Positions 39,947 through 54,211 are shown, counted from the whole stretch's first letter. The stretch is DNA of 61,634 nucleotides, filler included, from Pirum gemmata (GCA_002812295.1; 16 parts of 16 records of this genome joined end to end with filler, not necessarily neighbours in it); one strand, 5' to 3'. The notes: generated by a model from the letters alone, not told the origin. A program made the numbers and translations.

Positions 39947-41976
39947 CTAATTTTAATGTGATATAATAATAATAATAATNNNNNNNNNNNNNNNNNNNNN
40001 NNNNNNNNNNNNNNNNNNNNNNNTTAATTAATTAANNNNNNNNNNNNNNNNNNNNNNNNNNNNNNNNNNNNNNNNNNNNCAACAACAACAACAACAACAA
40101 CAACAACTACAACAACCACAACAACAACAACAACAATGGTGTTAGATCGACTTTGAAGATCAAGGAGAAGGATGATTGGTGTTTTTACGTTTTTGAAAAA
40201 CTAATTTGATCATGATCAACATTAAATTTTATTTTTTTTAAGCATCCTGTTTTAAGCCCTTTTTTGAGAAAAGCAGTGAAAAACTCGATTCATGGTATTG
40301 TACTAACGTTAACAATAAGAGAAATGGCTAATTAAGTTGAAAAATTTCATTATCATTCACTTACGAAGGGTTCAAGGTAATGTGTTATAATACATAATAT
40401 TATAATATATAATTATAAAGATTGAAGGCTTAAATTAAAAGCGCTTTATTTAATACCACGCGTACGAACTACATTATTTCAAAAATGATATTAATATTTT
40501 AGATAATATATTATATAAAAATATGTCATTACAAGTACTTGCAGTTAGTAGTTAGTATTCACACTATTGCTTCTCTCTTTGCACGTAATATTATATCAGT
40601 TCCATATCATATCTATATATATTTCATATTAAAATAATGATGAAAATGGAAATGACCGAGATGATTTGAATAGTAATAATCTTTACAGTGAAAATTTATG
40701 GGGTCAATTACCTGGTTACGATTATTCGTTATTGTATAAAGATATTAATAACAATTCGTATGTTAAAAATTTTATTAAAGTTACAAACTATCAATCTCAA
40801 GCTCTCACAATATCAAGTTTTCAATATCAAGTTTTCAATATTAAACTTGAATTTATTATTTTTTAAAATAAAAAAGTAGTTATGAAGTATTATGATAACT
40901 AGTATTATTAATATAAGAGTTAATAATAGTCTTAAAATCTATGAATCGAGGATTTGTTTACGTCATTTATATTCATATACCTAAAATGTTTCTGATTAAA
41001 AACTTTTGTATATACATCATAAATATATGATGTATTATAATAATATATTTTTTAAATATATAAAATATAGAGCTGGTCAGTTTTTTTTAAAATAATATTT
41101 AAAATAGACTATCGTGATTTTCATTTATTTTGTCACTATAAATATTTATTTGGTGGGTTATAATATTTAAATGGTCACTTTTAAATCAATAAATAAATAA
41201 TAAAATTTACCAAATTAAATTAAATATGTTTATATTTTATTAATTTGGTACTATTTATTGTATACTTTATGATGACAAAACAACTGAAAAGTACTATTTA
41301 AAAAAAAGTGATGGAGTTGAGTTCCAAGTTTTACCGTGTTTTTCAGTTATTTTGTCATCATAAAATACACACTAAATAGTACCAAATTAATACAATATAA
41401 ATCCATTTCATTTTATTTGGTATATTTTATTATATATTTATTTATTTAGAAGNTAGTCTTTTTTAAAAAGTTTTTTTTTTTTTTTTTCAAAAATGATTTT
41501 TCACCTTTTTAGGTATCTGTGGGATTTGAATCGGCCAATCAATGAACATTTTAGCCATTTTTTTTTTTGAATTTTTTTCGAAATTTTAAAGTTCCTTTAT
41601 TGGTAGCCGTCGCTTAGTACTACTTTTGTTAGTGTTATTGGTGTTATTAGTGCTATTGCTGTTGTTGCTGTTGCTGTTGATGTTGTTATTGTCATTGTCA
41701 TTGTTATTGTTATTGTTATTGTTATTGTTATTGTTATTGTTATTGTTATTGTTATTGTTATTGTTATTGTTATTGTTATTGTTATTGTTTAATAATATTT
41801 GTATAATTATTATTAATATTATTGTTGTTCTGCGAGACTACAGGGTACTGAAAAAAGGCCGACTTTTTCGTTTCACCAGACATTTTAGCTTTCGAATATA
41901 AGTACTGCATAAGTTTGAAATTTAGAAATAGAAAAAAAAGGAAAGGTGGAACTTTAGTAGTAGGGGGAATTCGGTA

Positions 41977-42210
41977 AGCCTCTCCTAATTCTGCTCAAGC
42001 CCGAAAACTCGAATTTCTGCTGTCCAAAAAAAAAAAGCTGAAATACAGCCCTGTTCGAAAATTATTTTTTCCATTTTTTCGGGTTTATAAATAAATAAAT
42101 ATACTCGAATGTTTAACTATTTATAATAAGCTTATAATTTTCGAACTTATTTCATTAAAGCATAGGCTCGAAAACTTGATTTTTAAAACAAAGCAGAATT
42201 GGGAGAAGCT
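41977..42210. mobile_element. MITE family G (TIR AG(A)CTTCTCC(C/G)AATTCTGC)
   Basis: AGCCTCTCCTAATTCTGCT ... AGCAGAATTGGGAGAAGCT. A related element at ~47158-47443 ends GGCAGAATTCGGAGAAGTCTA. Confidence 0.65.
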
Positions 42211-42658
42211 ACTAGTGCCTCTAAAAGACCTACNTTAAAGCATAGGCTCGAAAACTTGATTTTTAAAACAAAGCAGAATTGGGAGAAGCTACTAGTGCCC
42301 CCCCCTAGCTAGTAGTAGCTAGCTAGCTAGCTATCAATGCCTATCCTAGCTAGACTAGCACCATCCCAACTGACCAACTTATGATCATTTTTTATATATA
42401 TTTTTTTTTATAATAAAAATTTTTTTCTTTTTTTATCATATGACATACATATATCATAGTCATATCATATTATATAAAAAAAATATTTTATAAAATTTAT
42501 TTATTATATATTAATATTTTTTTATTTATAATTATTATTTATTTATACATTTAATATATATTTTAATTTTTAATTTTTTTTTGTTATTAGAATAATATTA
42601 AATTTAATTATCGTTATCGTTATCGTCATCATTATCATTATTACTTATTTCATTAAAT

Positions 42659-43088
42659 ATGATGGAAAGTTTAGTTAGTAGCATAACCAATCTCACTAAT
42701 TCTTCGAATTTGTTGACCGCAAAGTTAGGTTTCGTAGATGTAACTTTTTTTCAAAAATGTTTGTTATCCATCATAACTATTCTCTTTATTCATCTACTTT
42801 ATGAACAATATTATTTTCATTCCCGTCGTAAATTAAAAAATGGTGAAAGTTTGCCTGGTCCATCGTGGTTCTACCCATTTGTGGGTGGTTTAATAACAAT
42901 GGTTCTGAACCCTCACAAGTTTTGGGATGCACAACGTTTATATTCCCCTACTGGCTTATCAGTTAATGTGATTATGGGCAAGTTTACAGTTTTTGTGGCT
43001 GATACAGATTTAGTAAGAAAGGTTTTATTTAATAACGGCCCTTCACTGTTTGAGTTGGTTTTGCACCCAAATGCATATTTTATTTTAG
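42659..43088 (+). CDS. CYP710: Cytochrome P450, sterol C-22 desaturase type (CYP710/CYP61-ERG5/CYP524), exon 1; 3'-partial
   Basis: Membrane anchor followed by LPGPSWFYPFVGGLITMVLNPHKFWDAQR...GLSVNVIMGKFTVFVADTDLVRKV...LHPNAYFILG, the N-terminal pattern of C22-desaturase P450s. Donor AG|GTATGT at 43089. Confidence 0.85.
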
Positions 43089-43114
43089 GTATGTTATATG
43101 GGTTCCTAATCCCC

Positions 43115-43376
43115 GTTTTAACCCCTCTTAACCCCGTCTTAACCCCTCTTAACCCCGTCTTAACCCCGTCTTAACCCCTCTTAACCCCGTCTTAACCCCT
43201 CTTAACCCCGTCTTAACCCCTTTTAACCCCTCTTAACCCCTAATCCTCTAACCTCTAACCTCTACCCCCTACCCCCTAACCTTTTAACCCCTACTATCCC
43301 CTAACCCTAACCTTTAAACCCTAACCCCTAACCCTAAAACTAACCCTAAAACTAACCCTAAAACTAAAACTAACCC
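43115..43376. repeat. Degenerate telomere-like repeat (TTAACCCC[G]TC)n grading into CCCTAA, within the P450 intron
   Basis: Directly visible array right after the donor site. Confidence 0.8.
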
Positions 43377-43505
43377 NNNNNNNNNNNNNNNNNNNNNNNN
43401 NNNNNNNNNNNNNNNNNNNNTTAATTAATTAANNNNNNNNNNNNNNNNNNNNNNNNNNNNNNNNNNNNNNNNNNNNAATAATAATAATAATAAATTATTA
43501 AATAC

Positions 43506-43591
43506 TTTCTTGGCTTATGAGGGTGTGGAGATTCTTTAGCATCTTTAGCCCACTTGCAATAAATAGGACCAGTATTTCTAACTCCTTCCAT
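43506..43591 (-). CDS. Possible first exon of unknown protein
   Basis: ATG, MEGVRNTGPIYCKWAKDAKESPHPHKPR, then GTATTT donor near the scaffold edge. Confidence 0.35.
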
Positions 43592-43810
43592 GATTAATTA
43601 ATAGTAATAAAAAGTTTTAAAGAATGAATAATAAATCAATAACTAAACAACGTTATTATAAAATAATGCGATATTATGATAAGTTTTAATTCAAAATGAA
43701 ATACTCAAGAGTTAGTGGTGGTGGCCACTGAACATAAATACTGAAAAAAAAAACAAAAAAAACACAAAACTTTTTACAAAACAAAACAAAAAAAAAAATA
43801 CATCAAAAAA

Positions 43811-43857
<47 letters not shown>

Positions 43858-46800
43858 TGGCTAGAAAATGTGGTGCTCATAAATATTATCATACACGAAA
43901 ATGACGTCAATATACAATATAGTGTGACTTCCGCTCGAATCATCCTCAAAGTGGTTTATTTTTTTATATTCGAGTTTTCCGTTACAGAAAAAAATCAGCT
44001 CGATCGTTTGTTGTAAATAAATTATTTAGCAAAATTAATAATTAAGTAAAAAAAAATTGAAGCTCGATGAAGGTTTTTTTTCTTGAGCTGCTTGACTCGC
44101 TCGAAAAATTCCTTATCAAACTGGAGTAATGTTGTTAGAGGACCGAAACAAATACAAAAACAAAAAGAATCGTGACCACCAGTAGCTAGCTAGCTAGTAC
44201 GGCGGAGGGTTAGGGTTAGGGTTTTAATTTAATTAAAAGGTTAGCTAGCTAGAAAAGGTTAGGGTTAATAAGATTAGGGTTATAGGGCTAGATATTAGTA
44301 TGTGATACTTTTACTAGCTATGATAGCTATTGTGCTTTTCATTTATTTTGTCACTCTGAATATTTATTTGGAGGGTTATAATCTTTAAATTGACATTTTT
44401 AAATCAATAAATATATAATAAAATATACCAAATTAAATTAAATGAGTATATATTATATTAATTTGGTACTATTTATTGTATATTTCATGATGACAAAACA
44501 ACTGAAAAGCACTACCGGCAGCTACCGGCGGGTAGACAATCTACTAGTTTAGCTAGGGTAGACCATTTGTGGACTAGCTAGTATATAGTCTAAGTAGGCC
44601 CCCTTCTATAATTTTCAACTAGTGCTTTTCAGTTGTTTTGTCATCATAAAATATACAATAAATAGTACCAAATTAATACAATATAAACCCATTTAATTTA
44701 ATTTGGTATATTTTATTATCTATTTATTCATTTAAAAAAGTCAATTTAAATATCATAACCAACCAAATAAATACTTAGAGTGATAAAATAAACGAAAAGC
44801 ACAATAGTGTAATAGTAGTCTATGATATAGAAGAGTTTTTTAAAATTAATTTCCAACGCTCACTCTATATATAGACTAGCTAGTCCTAGCTAGCTAGCCC
44901 TACTTCTACCGGTATGGGAAGGGAACGTTCATAAAAAGGACGTCGCTTATTCTTTGATAGAAGTCATTGCTCAAACTAGCAATTAGTGTAGCTAGTAGTG
45001 ATAGGAGTGTCAGCTGGGTTCCGTCTTTATATAATATCATACTATTATATTATATGCTTTTCATTTATCTTGTCACTCCGAATATTTATTTGGTTTCTTA
45101 TAATATTTAAATTGATACTTTTAAATAAGTAAATATATAATAAAATATACCAAATTAAATGAAATGGATTTATATTGTATTTATTTGGAACTATTTATTG
45201 TATATTTCATGATGACAAAACAACTGAAAAGCATTATAATTTTTAAGTATGCATTGTTATATTTATAATTTTTAATGATAGTCAAGGACTTCAATTTTGA
45301 AGTCCTTGTGATAGTTTTCAGTGTTTTCACACGCGGTCAAATACAGCTTCAAATACCCCCTACCTACCTACCCTTTGACGTTATCATAATTTCCGGTCAA
45401 ATACCACCCACCTACCTACCCTTTGACGTTTAATTTCCGGTCAAATACCACCTACCTACCTACCCCTTGATGTGACGTACGCATCTCATCACTCTCATCC
45501 TAACTATCGTGCTTTTCAGTTGTTTTATCATCGTAAAATATATCATAAAAAGTACCAAATTAATGCTATATAAATCCATTTCATTTAATTTGGTATATTT
45601 TATTATCTATTTATTCATTTAAAAACGTCAAATTAAATATTAACACCAACCAAATAATATTCAGAGTGACAAAATAAATGAAAAGCACAATAATAGAGCT
45701 AGTAGACCTATCGTCCATTTCATTACAGTTGTCGACGTCCTCTTAATCTTTAATTTGATGCTGTTTTTAAGTGTATAATTGAACTTGCTTATAAAATAAA
45801 ACATTATTAAGTATAAAATACCAAGTTAATTAAAACATGCCTCTGATAGTTAAACCATAAAGATGATTTGGTACGTTTATTTCAGTTTTTGAACTGGATA
45901 ACACACTATTGAAAAACATTGAAAAAGTATTGCGCGCTTTTCATTTATTTTGTCACTCTAAATATTTATTTGGTTGGTTAAAATATTTAAATTGATATTT
46001 TTAAATTCCTAATTAGATTATAAAATATACCAAATTAAATAAAATGGATTTATTTTGTATTAATTTGGTACTCTTTACTGTGTATTTTATGATGACAAAA
46101 CCACTGAAAAGGTCAACATAACATTCATGACTACATTCATGGGTCATTTCATTTTTATGTCTCTAGCTAGCTAGTAGACCTCGGGGATCTACACAACTTT
46201 TTTTGATTAATTTTTTTATATGATACATATAATATCGATTGACAGGATTGACTAGCTAGTAGCTCTAGCTAGCTAGAGTAGACAGTAGACTAGCTAGCTA
46301 GATCTATTCATCTACTAAGGTAGTTTAGCTAGTAGCTAGTAGCCCTGTAGTCTAGTCTACTACTAGCTAGCCTTTCTATCATAGTTTATTAATGATATCA
46401 TTAATTATTATCATAAATATGTTCAACCACTACTCCGAACCACTCCGAACGAGTCCGAACCACTACTACCTACCAAAATCTACCAAACCAGCTACTAGAC
46501 TATGATACTATCATACCAAACTACCTGGATCCTTAGTGCTTGGTCTAGTCTACCTGACCTGTAGTACCTGTGGACCAAATTATTATTATGGTTCAACTAT
46601 CAGGTCTATCAGGCATGTCAAATTTTGTATTATTAATATTTTATAATAATATTAATAATATTATAATATAATGATTCATATTGTCATAAAAAAATTTAAC
46701 CACAGTTTCAATGTTGTAGACTATACTTAGACTATCATAATTATTATTTTTTAAAATAGTGCTGATATTAGGAAATTCTTGAAAACCCGTTTCTCACGCG

Positions 46801-48219
46801 GTAGTGGGTCAAAATTTTTGTATCAAATTAAAGCTTATGGTATATAAATGAATTTCCACCAATAATATTAGGGGGGTAGAATTCAATTAATACAAATATA
46901 AGCGTTTAAAAAGTGAAAAGCTCGAAGTTACAGTTTTTCTTTGTCCACCCTCACTAAGTAAACACTAAAACAATGTTAGCGAAGGGTTCTTTTTTTTCAT
47001 TGGTTAAATAAAATTTTGCTCAATCAAAATGCATAAAAAAAAAAATTTTTTTTTGGGNNNNNNNNNNNNNNNNNNNNNNNNNNNNNNNNNNNNNNNNNNN
47101 NTTAATTAATTAANNNNNNNNNNNNNNNNNNNNNNNNNNNNNNNNNNNNNNNNNNNNATTCTGCCCCTAAAACTCGACTTTCTGCTTCTGCCTTCTGCCC
47201 CGAAAAGCTCGATTTCTGCCGAGCAGAATTTCGGGTCTGTTTGGTCTGTTCAAAATTAATGTTTTCGAGTTTATTAATAAATACATAGGTTTGAAAATTT
47301 CGTGCTTATATTTTTATAGCGGTAGAATCAATCTCCTTTTTTTTTCAAAAAATTAATTTTTGATCGAGTTAGAGAGGAAAAACACCATTCTGCCATTTCT
47401 CGAAAAAGGCCAAATTCTGCCCGGGCAGAATTCGGAGAAGTCTAATGCGCATTTGGACGATAATTATTATAAAAAAGTTATTACTTTTATTTTAATTAAC
47501 GCACCGAATTTTGGAACATAATATCGTGATTTTCAGTTGTTTTGTCATTATAAAATATACAATAAAAAGTACCAAATTAATATAATTTGGTATGTTTTAT
47601 TATCCATTTATTCATTTAACAATGTCAATTAAAAATTATAACCAACCAAATAAATATTTCGGAGTGACAAAATAAATGAAAAGCCCTGTAGTAATAATTA
47701 TAATGATACTATAATGATGCTAGGGTTAGGGTTAGGGTTAGGGTTAGGGTTAGGGTTAGGGTTAGGGTTAGGGTTAGGGTTAGGGGTTAGGGTTAGGGTT
47801 AGGGTTAGGTTAAAGAAATTAAAGGATTTTTTTAAATAATTATTATTATTATTTTTTTTAACTACCAAGCTGGATAAAATGGCGACATCCGCCATCCAAA
47901 AAATATCAAAATGATCCAATTTTAAGAAAAGTGCTACCAAATATTTTAAAAATTATCTGCCTAAAACAAAAACTATTATGAACCAATGGCTAGTTTTAAA
48001 AATAATTTGGCTAGTTTTAAAAATAATTTGGCTAGTTATGATTAAAGGTTTTTGGAAAAGAAGAGTAGACCGGTCTAAAAGAAGTCGAATAAAAAAAAAA
48101 TGATTTCTACAGTTAGGTCTAGAAAAACAAATAATGATGCCATGACAACGTCGTTATGACGTCACAGCTTCGACACAGTTTTTTTTTTTTTATTAGGGGG
48201 GTTTTTTTTTAAAAAAAAA

Positions 48220-48680
48220 TGTCGTGTGGCGTAGGTTAGTATTAGTGTTAACCTCGTTGCTTTGTTTTGTATTACTTCAATCAAGTTATATTGTCTTTCT
48301 AAGATTTGTTGATAACAACATTAGGATGACTATAGCTATTTGTAAATATTATGTTAGAAGAGTAATCGGATTAACTCACCAGTTCTGTCAGTCTTTTCAG
48401 TCTAAAGAGGAAGCGTAGCTTTTAAGTTGTTATTTAGTTTGTCTGTGAATTGCGATTAGCGGTAATATCTAAATAATTTTGGGTTGGTTGATGATGTTGC
48501 TGTCTTGCCTTCGTAAGTTAGCTCAAGCTGGATTGGTTTGTTATTAATTTTCAGGAAGTGAGCGAGGTGTTATACTTTTTTTTATACTTATTTTTGCATG
48601 CAGTTGTTCATCCAATGTTGTATTCGGTTGAGTGCTTGTTGGATGTCCTTTTGGGCCTGTGCTAAGGTGGTATGGGGTTT
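48220..48680 (-). mobile_element. Decayed LINE ORF2 fragment
   Basis: Shares TTTAGACTGAAA and TAATCCGATTAC segments with the plus-strand RT relic and reads IEVIQNKATRL; contains many stops. Confidence 0.6.
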
Positions 48681-48969
48681 ATAATAATAATAATATATAA
48701 CGTATTAATAATAAGTGTTTGTATGATTATTTTTATTAAAATGTAAGTGTTTGTTTATCCTTAAGTTTTTTTATTATTAGTGATATTGATAAGTTTTGTA
48801 TTATTGTATTCGTATTATTAGTGATAATTATAAGTGTTTATCCTAAAATTTGTGTATTACTAGTGATAATTATAAGTGTTTGAATTAATAATAATAATAA
48901 TGAAAGTGTTTATATATAGGCACTTTTTGCGAAAAAAGTGTAAAATTGTGCGAATACTACATATTGTTA

Positions 48970-49525
48970 GCGATCGGTATTAGGCCTAATTCCATTTTTT
49001 CTTTTCATCAATGACTTGCCTAACATAGTTCAACTTAAAATCGAAAATGGAAGCAACACTCTTCGCTGACAATGGAACTTTTTTTTAACACCCACTCCAC
49101 CCCACTACAGGCAGAAAAGGACATCCAGCAAGCACTCAATCAATACAATAATGGCATACAAAAATAAGAATAACAAAGCCTCACTTCTTGATAAATAATG
49201 ATACACCAATCCAGTTTGAACTAACTTACTGGTACAACCACCAACCCAAAGCTACGTATATATACTAGGATACTACCTAGACGAAGGTCTTAATTACCAA
49301 TACCACCTATCGCAAATTACAAACAAACTATTAATAAATAATAAGCTATAGCTACTTTTCGTGTTTAGACTGAAAGTAACAAACTGTGTTGCTAATCCGA
49401 TTACACTCCTACGAACATATAAATCACTAATTAATGCGCTCGATTACCGATTACTCAGCAATAGAAATCCTAACGTTGCCACCTACAGACCTAATAATCA
49501 TTAGAAAGGAAACAAAACAAACTAA
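48970..49525 (+). mobile_element. Decayed non-LTR reverse transcriptase fragment
   Basis: Frameshifted motifs in the correct order: SVLGLIPFFLFINDLPN, ATLFADN (YADD box), DIQQALN, ILGYYLDEGLNYQYHLSQITNK, LLRTYKSL/MRSITDYSA. Confidence 0.85.
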
Positions 49526-52500
49526 AGCTTTGACTGAAGTCGTTTTAATGATCATGACTATGGCAGACATTGGTGGCATTGCTACGGGACCAGCTTACGC
49601 GGCGTGTATAGCGGTCGGGAATCTTCTTGTACACCCGTATACCGAAGGTTTCTTCGAAGCGGATGATTAGCCCCAACCCCAACCTCAAGCTTGTAACGCT
49701 TTTTCAAAAGGAGATTTTTTAAAAATATATCCTTCATTAATTCGTGGCTGGAATTTATAAAGGTCTTGAAGACAAATGATCTGTTGAACTATTAGTGAAG
49801 ATGGGTTATAATACTTTAATTGCAGTACAGAAACACACGCTATTGGTAATTTTCTTTGTACTTCTATATATAGAAGGTGGTTCCGTTTTGGGTTTGTTTG
49901 TTATGTCCATGGACGGCTTAAGCCCAAATGCTAGCTGTAAAAGGTTAGGAGCCGTAGTTGACCCTGTTGGTAAAGTTTATGAATAATCAGGGCTAGGGTT
50001 AGAATGGGATCAAAGCACTTAGCGAAAAAGTTGGAAAGCAGTGGTCAGTATTCATATTATGGGTGGTACAGTTGAAGCACTAGCAACGACAGTCGAGAAG
50101 CATTTAGGTTTTATTATAGGGAAGGTGGTGGTTGCGGTAGATAAAGTAGCTCACCACGCTTCCTGGAATTAGTACCTGGGCAGCATCAATAAGCCTTTCA
50201 TGGGCACAAAAGTCGAAACAAAGATGGTTTATTAATACACGGAATGCAAATTAATGACAAATTTTAATTAATTAAAGGCTTTGAAATTAAAGTTAATAAC
50301 AACTGGATTAACTTTCACGGTGAAGAATTTAAAAGAGATCATACCAAATTTAAAGTCTCCATTTTTAAAATCAAAACTAATATAATAAGCTTAAGGATGG
50401 TAAATTTACAGTTCATTGTTGTAACGATTATCATAGTCGGTTGTTTAAAATAGGTAGAAGTAGAGATTTATAATCTCGCTTTGAGTATACCTACCCAGCT
50501 CCTATGCTCATTTGAACTTGAATTGACATTTAGTGCAAACTAAGCTGGAATTACACACAAAAAAAAACAAAAAATACAAAACGGAAAAAAACAAAAAAAA
50601 CAAATAAACAAAAAACACAGAAATAATAATAATAAAATGTAAGAAAAAAAATAAAATAAAAGTAAACGAAAAAAAAAAAAAAAAAAANNNNNNNNNNNNN
50701 NNNNNNNNNNNNNNNNNNNNNNNNNNNNNNNTTAATTAATTAANNNNNNNNNNNNNNNNNNNNNNNNNNNNNNNNNNNNNNNNNNNNAAAAAAAAAAAAA
50801 AAAAAAAAAAAAGAAAGAAAGAAAAAAACTGTAAACTACTAACCAACTAGCTAGTAGAGAAAAAAAGTAAAGAAAAAAAAAATTGAATAATTTGCGGATT
50901 TCTATATTTACGGATGATTTGAACTTTTTGTTCGGAATCAAAATTCATTTTTTTCGTTGTATCGTGCTTTTCAGTTCTCTAGTTTCAGTTATTTTGTCGT
51001 TATATAAAATAAACAATAAATGATACCAAATTAATATAATATAAATCCATTTCATTTAATTTGGTATATTTTGAGAACTTAACCAAAGCTCGCTCGTAAA
51101 AAACTACATTAGAAATACGAGAAATATTTTGCGGTGACGATTCGAAAAATGGAAAAATAAACAACTTGCGCTCTGTGTGAGTCAGTGGTGACGCATGTTT
51201 TGTATCATAATAATAAAAATCACAATCTCATTTATAATGATATCAGATATAATAATGTAAAACAAAAGAAGCAAAGTATTGAATGGTGTAGTCTAATAAT
51301 AATATCGACTTTACTTTTATATGTTTTTGTTATAATTTTATTGTTAATTAAAATTATTATAATCACCAAAACAATTTTTTCATTAATTAAAATAGAAAAG
51401 ATTGGATTTTTTTTATCATAATTATACATGCATGTTACTTGTGTGTTTGTTATTATCATAATTATGTTTATTGTTTGTTGGATTTGTTTGTTTGCTTGCT
51501 TAAAATTGGATTTGTTTGTTTGTTTGCTTAAATTGGTTGGTTGGCTGGTTGTTGATCATTGTTTATCATTTAAGTCTTTTGGTTCCATTAATGTTATTAT
51601 TTGACAGTAATAATTTAGACTATTACGATATCGATAGTGAGTAGTGCCAGTGGTAGTCTAACTAAATTTATAATAATATCAATGATAATAGTAAAAGTAA
51701 ATAATAGTATTAATTAATATTAATAATAATAGTAACATTTAAATAGTAATGTCAATAGAAATTAATAACAATGGTACTAGTAATAGCAATAGAAATAGTT
51801 ATAGTTATAGAAACAGAAAAAATAATAGTATAATAATAATAATAATAATTATATTAAATAATACAATAGGAATAGGAATAGGAATAACAATAGTAATATT
51901 AATAGTAATAGTGGTAGTAATAGTGGCAGTAATAATAATGTAGGTAATAGCAATAGTAATAGTAATAGTAATAGTAATAGTAATAGTAATAGTAATAGTA
52001 ATAGTAAGGGTACCCAATGGCTATAAAATGACTATCATACTGTTATTATTGTAGCAAGTGAGAATAATAATTGTCAATATTATCATAGTTGTTGACTTCT
52101 ATCTAACCTTATAATATTACTAAGCTAACAAGCTATCATATTTACCCATCTATCATAATATCCTATACATATCATAGACTACTTCTAGTAGCCACCAAGC
52201 TAGAGTGTTTATTGATATCAAATTATCAATTTATTGCAATTGATATCGATACTGAGTTCTATGTGATAGCAACTAGACGGGCTTATTAATACTTATATTG
52301 ATTTATAAATCATATTATTGATAGAGTATTGATACTGTGGGGAACTGTTTACGTATAGTATCATAACACTGTAGCGCTGCAGCATTGCTAGTCTACGATA
52401 GCTCTACTATGTAGACCCCCTCTTGCTATGATACATAAGGGAACATTCATAAAGGACGTCACTTATTCTTTGATAGAAGTCATTGCTTGAAAGTATGACT

Positions 52501-52674
52501 TAAACTGTTTTAGGAGTAATTAATTATTAAAATGAACTTCAAAATTATGTGACCAAAAGTGTTTTGGACAAAGAGGCATAGGTAAGATTAGGTGACGTCC
52601 TCTTTATGGATGATTCAAAGTCTACTACCACTCTAGCTAGTTAGCTACCAGAGGTAGCACAGTAAACTGGGTAA

Positions 52675-52720
<46 letters not shown>

Positions 52721-53486
52721 TACAGACAACTCAATCTATCATATCATAATAAAATTATCAGATAAAATTATTATACATTCGTAAAATTTTATTTTTATAT
52801 TTAGTATTATATATGATAGTATATTATCAATATGTTAGGTGATATGTTATATAGATAATATTAAGTTGCTAGGGTTAATTAATAAGGTTAGGGTTAGTGC
52901 GACTTTCCTATGATACTTACTGCAGTAGCTATACATAATATTATTATATCGATATCATACTATCGATAACAAGTAATGTTATTGTTATTGTTATTGTTGT
53001 TGTTATTGTTATTGTTATTGTTATTGTTATTGTTATTGTTATTGTTATTGTTATTGTTATAACAGCTAGTTCTACTCTAACTAGCTAGTGGCAGAACTCG
53101 CCATATCGAGGATATCAAAGGCACATGAGTCCTACGTACGTATACCACATGTATGATAGGATGATATGGTACTAAAAGGGTTAAGTCTACAAGTGATATT
53201 CAGGTTACTATTACAAAATATAGTATATAGTATTAATTATTATATCGATAGTTATGTAGTCTAGATATTATACATCATCATGATGTATTATATTTATATA
53301 GCGGTAGAGTAAAAGTACTGTAAAACTGTAAAAGTAGGTGGCCATAATTATTACCATATTATTATGGAAGTTTGGTGAATTTCGATAAATATCAATGTTC
53401 TTTTTGCGGCTAGCAAGTCACGTGTACACACTTCTAATAACAAAAACAGTGGTGGGCGTCTGAAGAAACAACCAGAGGGAAAATAA

Positions 53487-53704
53487 TATCGTCTGTTTCA
53501 TTACAGTAACTGTAACTGTTGTCCTCTCAATCTTTTATTTGGTACCGTTTAAAAGTGTATAGTTGAACTTGTTTATAAAATACAACATTAATTAAGTATA
53601 AAATACCAAATTAGTTAAAACATGTCTGATAGTTTAACCATTATAACAATTTGGTACGCTTATTTCAGTTTTTGAACTGGACAACACTATTGAAAAACAC
53701 GATA
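53487..53704 (+). mobile_element. MITE family B (~215 bp, ends TATCGTCTGTTTCA...TGAAAAACACGATA)
   Basis: Terminal inverted match similar to family A ends. Copies at about 45709-45920 and 35957-36130(-), with fragments near 30000-30130, 13728, 14010 and 55400. Confidence 0.75.
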
Positions 53705-53941
53705 AACCTATCTTTTATAAAAGGAACCTTGTTAGATTCAGAACAATTCTGATGAGCTGGTGATGCCTGAGTTGGATTGTAAACTTGGAAGTTTTGAAGT
53801 TGAACTAAGTAGTAACTAAACTGCAACTAAACCGTAATAATTATTAATAAACATAGTTAGTTCAGCTAGCTAGCATAGCAGCATAGGTGAGTCTAAGGTG
53901 ACTGTAATGTGCTGCGACGTAGATATTTTTATTTTTTTTAA

Positions 53942-54211
53942 CTACCAAGCCGGATAAAAATGGCGACACCCGTTATGTCAACTTATATGAGCCCAAAAAT
54001 CCAAAATGATCCAATTTTTAATAAAAGTACTACCAAATTTCGAGAAATCGCTTCTTTTTTTTTTTTAAAAAAACTAATAAAAAAATTCTATTATTAAGTA
54101 ATATGAACCAATTGGAAAGGTTTTAACAATAATTTGGCTAGTTGGTATTTAGAAAGAAGTCTAAAAAAAACGACTTCTACAGTTTTATAGTAGTTTTATC
54201 CGGCTTGGCTG
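53942..54211. mobile_element. MITE family E (TIR C(T/A)(A/G)CCAAGCCGGATAAAA) flanked by TTAA
   Basis: TTAA-CTACCAAGCCGGATAAAA ... TTTTATCCGGCTTGGCTG-TTAA. Further copies at about 24735-24957, 25840-26100, 35519-35745 and 47862-48115. Confidence 0.85.

Noticed and set aside
41515..41560. Second tRNA/SINE head on the minus strand
   Set aside because: Only a degenerate B-box-like match; no similarity to the 57036 element body.
42155..42298. Exact ~65-bp duplication of the MITE G end
   Set aside because: The copies are joined at a single N, typical of a scaffolding overlap artefact.
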